NCBI GenBank assembly: GCA_951406725.2 | Contig: OX597817.1 | Location: 66,092,001 to 66,156,000, forward strand | Source: Octopus vulgaris | Taxonomy: Eukaryota | Reading direction: 5' to 3' | DNA length: 64,000 bases | Part shown: in pieces, positions 1-60,635 of the stretch | Numbering within the stretch: position 1 is the first letter of the stretch | Layout: each line of letters begins with the position of its first letter | The notes under the pieces: generated by a model | What the model was told of the DNA's origin: nothing | What the model saw: the letters and a program-made list of their open reading frames with translations, nothing else | Databases searched by the model: none | Translations under genes and position numbers: made by a program

Positions 1-33
1 AAGAAAAAACCATATAGTCCTCTGGTGTCCTGT

Positions 34-103
34 AATATCACTCTTATCTAGAATGCTTTATAGAAATAAATATCACTCTTATCTAGAATGCTTTATAGAA
101 ATA
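34..103. repeat. Perfect 35-bp tandem duplication
   Basis: aatatcactcttatctagaatgctttatagaaata occurs twice. Confidence 0.9.
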
Positions 104-701
104 TTAAATCAACTCCATTTCCGTGACCGGTATTTCGTTTTATCGACCCCAGTCAGATGAAAGGTAAAGATGAATTAGTCGATTAAACAAGGGCCATCCG
201 ACGCCTTAACGACCAATTCTCAAAACGCATTGAGGCTGTGATATTCATGCCTCTTTCGATATTTATGTCGTCGTAAGTTGAACTGGTCTCAGCGGAAAGT
301 TTTTCATCTTTAAATTATATCTAAAGTTTTTAAAAAATAGATACTTTTAAATAGTGATTTCTTTAACAAGACGCAGGTGAAATTTTGTTGGATGAAATTA
401 TGAGTGGTATATTTCATCTCGAATGTTACAGGTATTATATCAAATTCTGAAATATGTATTGCAAAGTCAACCACGGCAGTATTTGAACTTAGAAAACTGA
501 GAAACTGTGCTAGATATCATTAGGTAGCTACGAATTTGTTGCACAGTCCATCCGCATTTAGTAGAGTCAACTGTTTTCCATGCATTTGCACAAGATCTTC
601 TCTTGGAGAATAACTCACAACTCGTTTCTTCTCCGTTTCTTATTAAATCGTATTAGATCTTGGGGAAAGTGTTTGAGCTGCCCTTCTTCCTCTTGGTCAT
701 A

Positions 702-1130
702 TAATAATAATCCTTACTGCTATAAGCATGCCTGAAGTTTGGGAGGAAGCGGCTAGTGGGTTACATTGGCCTCAGTGCTCAACTGACACTTATTTCATGG
801 ACCCCCAAAAGGATGAAAGGCAAAATCGACCTCGGCAGAATGTGAACTCAGATCGTAAAACCTGAAGAACTGTCGCTGTGCCAACGATTCTGCCAGATCG
901 TAATAATAATAATAATAATCTTTTCTACTGTAGGCACAAGGCCTGAAATTTGTGGGGAGTGGATTAAGTTCCAGTCATGTGCTGGGGTCGATGTAATCGA
1001 CCCCAGTACTTGACTGGAACTTAATTTATCGACCCCGAAAGGATGAAAGGCAAAGTGAACCTTGGCAGTATTTGAACTTAGGAGAAATGCCATTAAGCAT
1101 TTTTATTTTGTCCGATAACGATTCAACTCC
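702..1130 (-). mobile_element. Two adjacent copies of tRNA-derived SINE family A
   Basis: Both carry the core 'atcgaccccgaaaggatgaaaggcaaagtcgacctcggc...tttgaactc' and a (TTA)n tail. Reverse complement of the copy at 11208. Confidence 0.8.
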
Positions 1131-2184
1131 CGACCATCACTAGCCGGTCATATTTTTATTTTTCCACCCTTCATAATTCTCAGGTTCTAAATCTACGCTG
1201 TGAATGCTCTTGGGAAAACAGAAACGTTACACTTTTTTTAATTCATTTATAAATTTTTTCTAAAATATAAAGTATTTGTGCTTAATCAACGTAAAACAAT
1301 ATCCACTACATCCAGTACATAAATGGACATGAAGCTTTTTTAAAAAAAAGCAAAAGTATTACGCATTCTGTGTCCACAATTAATAAGTTGGTCATCTTTC
1401 GTTATGGACAATAAGTTTTTACTTTAGGGTGTTCCGTAATTAGTATCTCAGACAGCAGTCCCAACCAAATAACTTATTCTCTGTTGCTCTTAGTTTTCGT
1501 TACAAAACTTGATTTATTTTCATTATATCAATATTCTTGGAATTATTTAGCACTGGCGCAGCAAATTTCACAATATTGATATAATAAAATTTTGGAAACA
1601 CTGCAACTAATCTCGGTCAGGAACTTTATAGCACATACATGTGTGTGTGTGTGTGACAGAGGCTGATGTATAAATATAAATGTTAATAAATATGAATGGA
1701 AGTTAGTGGTTGTTAAACGTCAACTAATCCACACCACCCTCACATATGCGTGAAGTGGAATGCCCCAATTACGAGGCGTGCAACATTTTGAAAGTTTGAG
1801 AGGAGTTGTAAGTTCGTGTATTTTCTTTTAGTAAAGGTGGAGATAATGTCAATAATCGTATATATGTAGTGATTGAATTTTAAATAACTGAGATAAGAAC
1901 TGTAGCTGTACTATACTTTCGTAAATCTTTTGTTTATCTTTTCACTTCACATGTTTTAAGCCATATACACATTTCTGATAAATGTTTACATAGAAATAAC
2001 GGTTAACTGGATATGTTTACTTGACATAAACGCATGAATAAAAACATACACTAGCGAAAAATGTATTGTGTTAGGGTGTAACGAAAAAATCCAAATACAC
2101 TAATATATATGTGTGTGTTCATATGTATATAATTACAACAAGTTACTGCCAACTTTACAAAGCACACTGGCAGAAAATATTGTA

Positions 2185-48954
<46,770 letters not shown>

Positions 48955-49194
48955 CGAGAAGAAAAGAAGAAACAAAATATCAGCCAGTACTGAAAATGCT
49001 AATTTAAACAACCAATGAACAAAAAGAAAAAATACTGAACCAATGAGATTATTCGCTTAAAAATTCAAAGAGCACAAATCTTTGGATCATTCTTTTCTTG
49101 CTTTCGTCTACTCCATTTTCAACTGAAATGCTACCCACATAAATTCTCGGGGTAGCAGCAGTTGTTTTTAAATAACTACTCTTTAAGTCTGTCC

Positions 49195-49249
<55 letters not shown>

Positions 49250-49285
49250 ATGATGATCCGTACCAAAGTATTCCAGTAATGTCCT

Positions 49286-49316
<31 letters not shown>

Positions 49317-49736
49317 ATGGAGGATGATCTATACGAAATTATTTCAGTAATGTCATACCGGTCAAATTTACTTTAGTTTGTTTTTTTTGTTTGTTTTGTT
49401 TTTGTTTTTGTGGGAGATGGGGATGATATTTTATTGTTATTTGTTTTAAAAAGTTATCACATCACTGTTGCCATGAACACCTCTACTATCACCATCATAT
49501 TTTCTAACCAAAAAACTGTTACTTTCACTGAACTTCTACTGCAACTACTACCATTGTAACCAATAATGTATGGATTAAAACAAGTTCTTAGTAAAGTACT
49601 CTCATTTCATGAAATAGGAAGTTAGTGATTTTTAAAATCTTTTTTAATCTGTTACTAATTCACTTAAATTTTTTTTACTAAACAAAACTACCAAAATCTA
49701 ATTCCAGATACTACAAGTTTTCTGTTTTTTTACCTG

Positions 49737-49806
<70 letters not shown>

Positions 49807-51511
49807 GAGAGAGAGAGAAGAAGAAAAAGAAGAAGAGAAAAGAGTGCACTAAGAGAGAACTCAATTTTATAAAGATTTATGGTAAGAACTAGGAAAGTTC
49901 ATTACCTAATTGTAACTGAGTTTCATCCAGGATTGGGTATTTTTTGATTAGTGAACAGTTGAAAAATGGATGTTACATTTATAGTTGGTGTGTTTGGTTG
50001 GAAGTGTTTGAATCACATGGAATCTTAACTTCCGGCATTTAAACATTTACCATACAAAAAAAGCAGTAAGACCATCCAATGTGTGTGTGTGTGTGTGTGT
50101 GTGTGCTATGGACCAGAAGCAATATTAGATCAAAATAGCCATCTGTGTATCATACGTAGTTATAAATACATCATGAAAATCACTGTGTATAAACACTGAC
50201 AATGCTTATATAGGCTGAAATGTATTGAGCATTCCCACCAGCCACTGCTAGGATGATTTTTGCCTGCCTCTGGTAGATATATGTATTGCTTTTAAACCCA
50301 GTATTGTTGTAAATTTACTTTTTGTGATGTATTTGCTTTAAGTAGGAAACATAAGTGGCTATTTTAATCTCATACTACTTGTGTTGCTTGTAATGGATTT
50401 TTATTCAGGTGGATGGCTGTTTGCAACATCAGTGATTGTTCATTCACTGTTAATGTACATCAATGATAAGATTTTATCATTGCATGAGGTTGGCCATGAG
50501 TACATGCTACTGACAATATGCAAATAGGCAGAAATTCATCTAGCATTCTCGCTAGTCATGATTTTCATTTGGCCCTGGTACATATTGTGTTTTTAAACAC
50601 AGCACATCCATAAGAGTTATTTTGGATGGATACCCAGCAAATTTGCTTCTGGCAATGTATCTACATTGAGTATGATACACAGTGTATGTGTACATTCATG
50701 CATACTTTATATATACATATTCACTCCAGATAGTGCATACTGTATATCATCATTTTATATTTGACATGAGCTGACTGAGTTATCATGATCCATTAGGGGG
50801 ACAGTAATGCCTATACCCTTTTAAATGGATCAGAAGACCACATGTCACATTTACATTCCATTTTTGGCATGTTTTGTATGGCTAGATGCCTTTCCTAATG
50901 TCAACCACTTTATAGAGTATACTGGGTGCATTCTGTGACAGTAACATTAGAGAGGTTGTCATCTCCTCAGACAGACTAAAGAGTACTCTTGACCTTACTT
51001 TGTTATTACTCATTCACTACCCACTTTGCAGAGTGTACTGAGTACATATTATCATGGTGCCAACAAAAGTGTGTTGCATTGTACCCTACAAGACTAAAGA
51101 GTCCTCATTACTTTACAGTGTCTGTATTCATTCAAGACAATCTTATCATTAAGGTAAATTGGAAAGAGTCTGATCACAAAACTGGGATGATTAGGTGAAG
51201 GAAGCAAGAGTATGATGAGAGAAATTGTGATCAAGTTAAGAGGGTTTGAAAGGAGAGAGTAATGGAAGTGAGACGATGATAGCAACTATATGTATACTAG
51301 TAAGAGAGAGATTCAGTGATGGATAATAATTTAGATAATGGTAAGAGAGAGAGAGAGTAACAGATGTCTGTAATGAGTGTCCTGGAAAAGAGGAAATGCA
51401 GGCTGGTAGCACAGAAAGTGTGTTGGTAGAGTGTATCAGATACAAACCGACTTATTGTCATGGAGAAGAGAGGTTAAGTGATAAGGAAGGTAGTTGAGGG
51501 GTATTGAATAG

Positions 51512-53789
51512 CACTGGACAACAAGGGATGCTAATTCCGAATTTGCACTCAGAATTGTTCTAGCACGTCAGGATTTTGAGTTATGCACATGCCCAAGATT
51601 ATAACTATACTTTTGGCTAAATATAGGCTGTATTATAAAATTTGCTAAAAGGAAAGCAGTCTTAATTCAAAATTAAAGAAATAACAGCAATAAAATAAAT
51701 GATGAGGAAGTTCTTTAGTTTAGTAATAGATGGCACTGACATATTGTGTGCAAGCACCAAATATGTCAATTTGTTCTTGGTAACTCTCAGTGTCGATTGC
51801 ACTACTGTCACATATGGTATGTGTATCTCTTGCACTACGTGGTTACTGTTTTAACTGTGTTCATTGTGTTAGATCATGAATAGGAGAGGCTGTGTGACCC
51901 ACCCAAACAACTTTTGTTATGTCTGTGGAAAATTTGCTCCATGTGACCAATGGAAGAACATTCCCACCAAATTAAAAACTGCTTGTAAATATTATTTTGG
52001 GACCAAGTCAGCCTGTAAATATTATTTTGGGACCAAGACAAAAGGTGGGCACCTCATATGCTGCACCATGTGTTACTCAGGACTTACACTGGCTGAATGG
52101 AAAAATGGAAGGGAATGCCTTTTACTGTACCAATGGTATGGCATGAACCAACCAATCATGTCTCTGATTGTTACTTTTGCATGACTAATATTTGTGGTTT
52201 CTCAAAGAAAACCAAAGCAAAAATTGTGTATGCAGGTTGTAAGTCAGCTCTAAAGCTGGTCCAACATGATTTTGAGAACTCTGTCTAAGTTCCCCTCTCA
52301 CTTGATTCACTTGAAGACCTAGACATGTTGCCCATTGAACCCCCTGATTTTCCTATCGACGAAGAGTATGTAGTTGATTCCAAAAAGAATAAGCCATGCT
52401 TGTTTAATCAAGAAGATTTGAACAATTTAGTATGAAACCTAGCATTGTAAAAGGAGAAGGCAGGAGTTTTGGAATCCAGACTGCAGCAAAGGAAACTCCT
52501 ACAGCAAGGTGTGAAAACTTCCTTTTTCCGTTCTTGCCATGAAGCTTATCGGTCTTTTTCAAGCAAGAAAATAATGCTTGTTTCTGTACTGATGTTAATG
52601 CACTCATGCAAAAACTAGGACACATGCATGTGACTAACGAATGGAGTTTGTATATAGACTCATAAGGTTAGCCTCAAAGCTGTGTTGTTACATAATGGTA
52701 ATGAAAAACTTTCCATTCCTGTAGGTCATGTTGTTGGTATGGAAGAAACTTAAGAATCAATGGAACTCATTCTGAAAGGAGTTAATTATTCAGTTCAAAC
52801 GTGGAATATTTGTCATGATTTAAAGGTGATTTCCCTCCTCCTAGGACTGCAGCTGGGATATATCAAAAATATGTGTTTCTTGTGTGTTTGAAACAGCTGT
52901 GACGACAGCAATGTGCAGCATATGCCTCTGGTAGACCCGAAAAAGATCTTCCTTCCACCATTTCACTTCAAACTTGGCCTCATTAAAAAACTTTGCAAAA
53001 ACAATGACACATGATGGTTGTGGCTTCCAGTACCTATAAGTAAAATTTGATGCAGAGAAAAGTGAAACAAAACTGAAAGCAGACATTTTCATTGGACCCA
53101 AGATCAGAGAACTGATGTCTGATAGCAAATTCAGTTGAGCTGATGGCATAGGATTCATTCATGTTAGTTGTACAGAACTTTCTTGGAAAGAGCTGAAAAC
53201 TATGTTGATTTAATAAACAACATGCTAACAGTGTATGAAAGAATGGGATGCCAAATGTCCCTTAAAATACACTTCTTGCATTCTCATCTCAATTTTTTTT
53301 CTAACAAATCTTGGTGCCTTTAATGATGAGCATGGGGAGAGGTACTACCAGGACATATCTGAGATGGAAATGAGGTATCAAGGCTGGTTCAATCCACACA
53401 TGATGGGTGACTACTGCTGGTTCCTACAACAGGAGACTAGTATGATGCATAAGCTCAAGAGCAAGTGTCTCAAACATTTCTGAGCTGAGCATATCAAAAA
53501 TAAAGTGAGTATTCCCTTAACATAAATATACTATGTACCATTATATTATGATACTATTTGCCTTAAACATAAATATGCTATATACAGTACTAATGTATTG
53601 TTATAATTATTATTTACCTTGAACTGAACTATTCCTGATATTAATATAGTATCAATATATAATTATACACATAACTCAGAATCCTGATGTGCTACAGTAA
53701 TTCTGAGTTCAGATTTGGAATCAGTGTACTTGATTTAGTCTAGCACAGCTCCATTTGTCTGGATAGCAACAATATTTTGTTTCCCAGTG
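51512..53789 (+). mobile_element. Near full-length decayed Chapaev3 (CMC superfamily) DNA transposon
   Basis: CAC...GTG termini, long imperfect TIRs, 3-bp TSD TAG/TAG. Frameshifted transposase 51876-53483 with FCYVCG, VPMVWHEPTNHVSDCYFC, SLKAVLLHNGN, DLKV..LLLGLQLGY and NLGAFNDEHGERYYQDI..ME.RYQG....MMGDYCW. Confidence 0.85.
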
Positions 53790-54454
53790 TAGTCAGTTCC
53801 AATGCTACCCCTTGTTACATGGTTCAATGAATGGAAGAGACAACATTGTTATCTCTAATTACATAGGTAGCCTGACATAGTAAATAGGAGAAATAAACAT
53901 GAGTTTATCAAAAAGATTTACAGGGACATGTTGAGCAACAGACCCAAACGTATATGTGTCTCCTAGCCTCCTGTTTTTTTTTATCATTCAGGGAGAGCAC
54001 TATGCAGTTAGCTCTTATCTCAAGGGAGATTACTTGTTGTACATCGTAAGGAATTAGCCAGCAGTGTTTCATGTATGGATGAATAGCGTGAGCATTGCCT
54101 TTTTCATACGTATATAAACACCACCAGCACCAGCAGATGATAAATAAATAAAAATAAAAAGACCTCTTTTTCCCCACCACCAAAAAGAAAACACACAACC
54201 TATAAATTCACTTGTATTTTTTCTCAATTCTTCACTAGTCAAAAGAGTTTCATCACTGATCACTGTGAGGCATTGAACTTTCCAGTTACCACTACCACGC
54301 ATGTGTGTGCATGCATGTGCAATTGGATAAAGATAAAATTATTCAAGTTTAAATGATCTATATCATTAAAAACAATTTTTACCAATGCCACCAGTTTCCT
54401 TAGACTGTATTTATATATATATATATATAAAGAGAGAGAGAGAGAGAGATCTGA

Positions 54455-54712
54455 CACTCCATCGGTTATGACGGCGATGGTTGCACTTGATTCAATCAAT
54501 GAAACAGCCTGCTCATGAAATTAACATGCAAGTGGCTGAGCACTCCACAGCCATATGTACCCTTAATGTAGTTCCCAGGAAGATTCAGTGTGACACAGAA
54601 TGTGACAAGGCTGGCCCTTAGAATTACAGGTACTACTCATTTTTGCTAGCTGAGTGAACTGGAGCAACATGAAATAAAGTGTCTTGTACAGGGACACAAT
54701 GCGTCACCAGGA
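54455..54712 (-). mobile_element. SINE family D
   Basis: Reverse complement of the 16148-16420 body. Confidence 0.7.
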
Positions 54713-54714
54713 AT

Positions 54715-55032
54715 TCATCATCATCATCATTTAACATCCACTGTACATGCTGGCATGGGCTGGACAGTTTGACCAAGCTGGCATGCTGGAAGGCTGCACT
54801 AGACTGAAGTCTGATTTGGCATAGTTTACAGCTGAATGCCCTTCCTAACACTAACCACTCTGAGAGGGCAATGGGTGCTTTTACATGTCACTGGCATGGA
54901 TGCCATTTGTGTGACACCAAGGTACTTTTACATACCACCACCACAGGTGCCAATTTTCGTGACACCAGTATCTGCAACAACTGCAATTTTGCTTGGCTTG
55001 ATGGGTCTTCTCAAGCACAATATAATGCCAAA
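54715..55032 (-). mobile_element. RTE LINE 3' end
   Basis: (CAT)n + tttaacatcc...gcccttcctaac..aaccact. Confidence 0.75.
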
Positions 55033-55059
55033 GTTCTTGGTCATTGCCTTCTTATGGAA

Positions 55060-55533
55060 GAAATGTAGACAGAACTAAAGAGAAGAGTTCATCAGAAGAA
55101 TCTATGCAATCTTGAAGAGTTGTGGGAACTCAGCAACAGAGAATGGCATCTCATTCCTGTGAAGATGGTGAAGGATTTGTATGCATCTCTTCCCAGGTGC
55201 CTTGAAGCCTCAAGCTAAGGGAAACCACACAAATTTTAACAATGTACAGTAACTTCTTGAAATGAACATTATGTAATAAATTTTCATGATAGACGTTTTT
55301 CTGTTTTAAAACACTGTATCTTGATCAGTTTATGTGAGGTGGCCGAAGACTTTTGCACAGCCATTTTTGGTGGTCTTCTCTCATTGAGAACTCCTACAAA
55401 ATATGATTAGGTGTGGAAATTACTCCAACAGGGCCAATGTTTCATCTGTAAAAGCACGATGTGAAACATCCACTTATAAGTTGGCAGTTAGTAGAAATTT
55501 ACAATAGTTTAAAGTGGCCAAAGACTTTTTCAC

Positions 55534-55535
<2 letters not shown>
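55060..55535 (+). mobile_element. Tc1 transposon 3' remnant
   Basis: EELWELSNREWHLIP...DLYASLPRCLEA...AKGNHTNF then stop. The repeated gtggccRaagactttt is typical of Tc1 IR/DR ends. Confidence 0.7.
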
Positions 55536-55565
<30 letters not shown>

Positions 55566-55779
55566 AAGTGTATATATCAGTTGAATAAAGTTAAAACAAA
55601 GTCTGGTTTTCATGTTTTCTATTATGGTATTTTGATACAACTAGCGCTTTCATACATAGTGTACTCATCAGATTTCAAATGTGTTCAACTGACATGGGGA
55701 TGTGATTTGCTCCAGTTTTCGTGAACTCAGTATTGGGATACTTGGAACAAAACATATATTAAAAAAATGAAGAAAACTA

Positions 55780-56340
55780 CAGCATGACCTCTAAAAGACA
55801 TATAGAGGACACATGGAAAAGATACCGCAATGATTGTTTCCTAATTTGGACCAAATCCATAGAAAATTTAGAAGAATTCAGCACCCTCCTCAATAATCTG
55901 TACCCTAGTCTTAACTTCACAAGAGAAATGATCAACACACAATTATCATTTCTTGACATAATGGTACTTAAAAAACAACACCTCAATCACAACTGATATT
56001 TATTACAAAAGCAGATACACATCAGTACCTAAATTTCAAATCATACCACCCAACACACACAAAACGCAACATCCCATACAGTCTAGTCAGGAAAATTTGA
56101 ACTATAGTCGATAATCCAAATATCAGAAACACATGACTTATAGAACTCAAAGGATTTCTGCTCAAGCAAAATTATCTTCTCCTACTTATAGAAAATAGCA
56201 TAAAAATGAGCAAAAGGGATACCTATAAAACAACTTAGAGCAACACAAAAAAGACAAACCCCTCAAAGAAACACAATACCATTTCTAGTAACACACAATC
56301 CGCATCACCAAAACATTTTTAACATCATCAAAACTAAGTG
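55780..56340 (+). mobile_element. Penelope-like element RT/thumb fragment
   Basis: WKRYRNDCFLIW (decayed RYxDD), LSFLDI, TDIYYK, HQYLNFKSYHPTHTKRNIPYS. Confidence 0.8.
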
Positions 56341-56797
56341 AAAGATTAAAAAACAATAACTAATCAAATATTTATCTGATTAATAGTGCGATGATTTGAA
56401 AATTTTAGGTCAGATATTGCCGAGGCAGGGACAGAGGTGCCTCGTGATAATATCTGCTCGGATCTTGGCTGTTTCTTACTGACGAATCTATCGGCCTATG
56501 GAAGATTGACTTGATTTAATTTAATCAGGTTAGTTTACCATTAAACAATAGATGAAACGGTGCATCGTATAAGAAATTACAGGGTAAATGTTTTTTTAAT
56601 TTTCTCCTGGTTTGCGGAATTAATGTTATTTTGCGGTTGAAGCTTTGGCTGTTATTTCTAGTGGGTGAATGGCCTATTATGGCCATTCCTTGATTGTGAT
56701 GTTGAACTTATAAATGGTCTATGACTATTTAATTTTTTTCCCACTAGGCCGCTGGTGGCAAATAAATTCTACGAAATTTTTTGCCACCCTATATTGA

Positions 56798-56841
<44 letters not shown>

Positions 56842-57059
56842 TACATACATACATACATACATACATAATATGATCTCGCTAGATAAGTTTATAGATAGAT
56901 ATTTATATCTGGATAGATATATATGTATGTATCTTCATTTAAATATACATAAACTTGGCCTTCCACAAATTTTCAAAAGAATCCACAGTGCTGTACTACA
57001 AGATAGGGCTATTGTTTGAGGAAATGTTTCACCAACTGCAGACTTCATAAGGTTAAGTA

Positions 57060-57830
57060 AAATACTAAATAAACAGTTCCAAAGTGTCTTCACTTTTCTC
57101 ACTGGGAGATATGCAAATAAGTAAGCCTGGTAAGTTCTTCAACACTGCAGATTCACACAGGGAAGAGGTAACCTCTGACTGCATCAATATAAAAGGGGAT
57201 GTGATATCAGCCATTGATGAAAGAAACTGAACTCAGTAATGGATTCTGATGGTTTTCTTGATTTTCTTTTAAAGACATGCAAGAAAACTTTCCTAAAACC
57301 ACTGCAGATATTTTCCCAGAATGTTTGCATTTGGCAGACTTCACAAAGTGTTAAAAGACGATACAATACATCCTTTCCATCAAGGAGGAAGTAGAGCAGA
57401 TGCTAAAATTTACAGGCCAATCTCTTTGTCCTCACATTTAGCAAAGTCATGGAACATATTGTCAGAAAGAGGCTGATCATTTCCTAGAAGAAAATAGCTT
57501 GCTTACTAATATGCAGCATGACTTCTGTTCAGGAAGCAGCTGCATTACACAGCTGCCATAGCATTAAGGCTTGGTATTGAAGCAACAGCTTAACCATCTA
57601 AATATGATTGTGATGTACCTCAACTCTGCTTGGGCCTTCAACAATGTTGATCACTGAGTGATGTGTCACAAATGGCCTGACCTTGGCATCATTGGAAAAC
57701 TAGAGGAGTGACTGCATGACATTTTCAAAGGGTTGATGTCAGAGATATATATCCACTGGTTCTCTTTCTGAAGAAACATCAATTGTAAATGGTGTCCCTC
57801 GGGGGCCACTATTGTTTGTAGTGGCTTTAC
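57060..57830 (+). mobile_element. Highly decayed CR1/L2-type LINE RT fragment
   Basis: GGSRADAKIYRPISLSSHLAKVMEHIVR, QHDF.SG.SCITQL, AFNNVDH, NGVP, GPLLF. Confidence 0.7.
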
Positions 57831-58314
57831 AAAGATAGCTATGGATATACATGTGCATCTGAGTGTTTATGATTGTGCTCATTTGTATGAAAGTCACGAG
57901 TTTTGAGCTGTGTTGCTTACACTTCTATCAATAAGTGCCTGCCCATTCAGTGCCTTCAAAGTTATCTGGAATAATAAACCTGTTTCTTGAAAAACAGTTA
58001 AAGGCTAGAATGAAGAAGGGCATCTAACTGTAAAACAATGCCTCAATAATATATTCATCAAACCCATGCTTGCATGGAAAAATGAATGAGCAAATATATA
58101 TAGGGAGAGTTTATGAAAAAAACAAAAGACGAGGACAGGTGGTGTACAAAACAAACAGATGCATTAGTATAACACTCAGGAATAGAAAAAGTCTTTTACA
58201 TTTCGAGCCTACACTCTTCTACAGAAAGGGACACAGAAAAAACAAGGAGAGAAAAAAATATATATATATATATTTAGTATATTAATATTTAGCAAAAGCA
58301 ACAGATTGACACTT

Positions 58315-58850
58315 ATCATTCAACTTTCCATGCCGGCATGGATTAGATGGTTTGATTGGAACTGGTAAGCTGGGCAGCTGTACCAGGTTTCAGTCTGATT
58401 TTGATTGGTTTCTACAGCTGGATACCCTTCCCAATACCAACCACTCCAAGAGTGTAGTGGGTTCCTTTTACATGACACCAGTACCAGTCACAACTACAAT
58501 TTCACTTGGCTTGATGAGTATTCTCAAGTACTACAAATCACCAAAGGTCTCAATCACTTGTCATCGCCTCTGTAAGACCCAACATTCAAAGATCATGTTT
58601 CACCACATCGTTCCATGTCTTCCTGGGTCTACTTCTTCCACAGGTTCCCTCCGCAGTTAGAGATCAGCACTTCTTTATGTAGCAGTTTTTGTCCATACGC
58701 ATCACATAACTATATCAGTGCAGTCATCTCTCTTGCACACCACATCTGATGCCTCTTATGCCCAGTTTTTCTCTCAAGATGCTTACACTCTGTCATATAT
58801 GCATGCTGAAATTGCATATCAAGAAAAGCATACAAGCTTCATTTCTTTCA
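58315..58850 (-). mobile_element. RTE LINE 3' fragment
   Basis: Homologous to 25900-26880 with deletions. Confidence 0.75.
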
Positions 58851-59459
58851 AATTCAAATAATTAAAACAACCTACACATTGAATTATAATGTATGTAGCT
58901 GAGCATTCTACAAACATCTCTCCTTGACATAATTTTCAGACACATTTCTTGATTCTGTCTGTGTAACAATACTGACCCTTCAAATTACAAGGGCTGCCTA
59001 TCCAATGGGCTTTCACATACTTCCTTTCTAGCTAATTTCGCACACAAGACTTGGGATGATCCAATGCTATAGTATAGGACACTTTGCCAAGATTCTTCAT
59101 TATGGGATGGGAACTGAATCACTGTAATTACAAAACAAACTTAACCACACAACTATGCACCCATTTACTTTGCATTTGAAGTACCAAGCCACACACACAC
59201 TAATGTTGGGTATAAAAGTATACTTCACCATAAAAGTAAATCATTTCATATTTCATCTTCCATTTATTTATAGTTTTTTTGTTGTTGTTTTTTTTTTGGT
59301 GGAGTCTTGTCTCTGTTAAAAACATCATTAATAGAAAAATTAGGATTTATCCAATACTCATTTTTTTAATAAAATAAAGTGTATGTAAATATATTATTTA
59401 GTTTCTTTAACTTTTTTAAAGTATTTTAATTTTTGTTGAAGTAATTTCATTTATTTGTG

Positions 59460-60250
59460 ATGCCTGTAAAGAAATGTGCGGCCTGGCAGTGTCATAAAGA
59501 AAGACAATGCCCTAACCGTTAGCAAACACTGGACACTTCTGGTGGATAGCTGTGTTTAGCTTGCCCAGCTATTGACAGTTTATGTTCGAATTGATGACCT
59601 TGTTAGTGAGAAGAAGCTCATAAAAGACAACACCCTTCTAATCCTACCAGATTGGAAGAATAACCTTCTTCGAGTGAAGTCTTGCTTTGGAGGTTATTTG
59701 TGGTGGTTCATCATGCTTCCCCTATGATCGTTTGTGTTCCACATTGTTATAGACGATCCATTTTCTGTGTCCTGATATTGTTTTCTTCAAAATGGATAGT
59801 TTTCTTCACGTTTCTGCAACGAATCGCAGATGGAAATCCGTTGGGGGAGGTTACTCTCATTCAATTGATATGGGACCCAAACACTGAATCTGCTGACATA
59901 ACGAAGCTGATGCAGATGGTTTTCAACACGCCATTTGGTTAGTTGGAGAATATATGCGATCATCCTAGTCGTATAACGGGGGTTGGTGTCGACTCACTCC
60001 TTCATTTTGTTGTTAATCTCAGTTGGCTGGCCTGAGCAAGGTGCATCTTGAACCGAAAAATTTCCCGATCGAAATCTTGAAAACCACTTCTGGCACACAA
60101 GTTTCGTAGCAGCATTCTCTCCGTATACAACGCATATCTACCAGCAGCATTCCGCTGCTTTCTTACCATTTTTGAAATAAAAAATGTATCACACATCGAT
60201 AATGCTCGTTTTGGTACTCCATTTTTAGGGTGATCACAAGCACGCAAAAT
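59460..60250 (-). mobile_element. Decayed mariner transposase
   Basis: The minus strand contains WVPYQL, an EKW-like region, GVVFYELL and GIVFLYDTARPH. Confidence 0.75.
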
Positions 60251-60331
60251 ACAAGCTGCCTCATCACAAGTTCGTGTTGAACAACGTTGAAGTGTCAAGT
60301 ATCAAACGAGTGCGGATGCATAAGAAACAAG

Positions 60332-60408
<77 letters not shown>

Positions 60409-60495
60409 TGCATATCGTTAGTAAATCATAAATCCAAAAGAGGAGCACACTAAGTTATAGAGCAGTAGAGTAATTAGGTTTATGGCCGGTTTATG

Positions 60496-60635
60496 GGGTT
60501 ACCTAGGGTTTTGCGTCCATAAAGCGCTTAGCTTTACAACGTCTCTTCAGACCCTAGTGACCGGTGGCTTACTGGCCACTAGGGTCTGAAAAGACGGTGT
60601 AAAGCTAAGCGCTATATGGACATGAAACCCTGGGT
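60496..60635. repeat. Near-perfect ~135-nt palindrome formed by two inverted hammerhead-like motifs
   Basis: acctagggtt...ccggtggcttactgg...aaccctgggt. Each arm, read outward from the centre, gives GGGT-CTGAARA-stem II-RAAA-CCCTRGG-T. Confidence 0.8.

Noticed and set aside
60496-60635. Pre-miRNA interpretation of the hairpin
   Set aside because: Longer than a typical pre-miRNA and better explained as an inverted duplication of a hammerhead-bearing repeat. Not formally excluded without small-RNA data.
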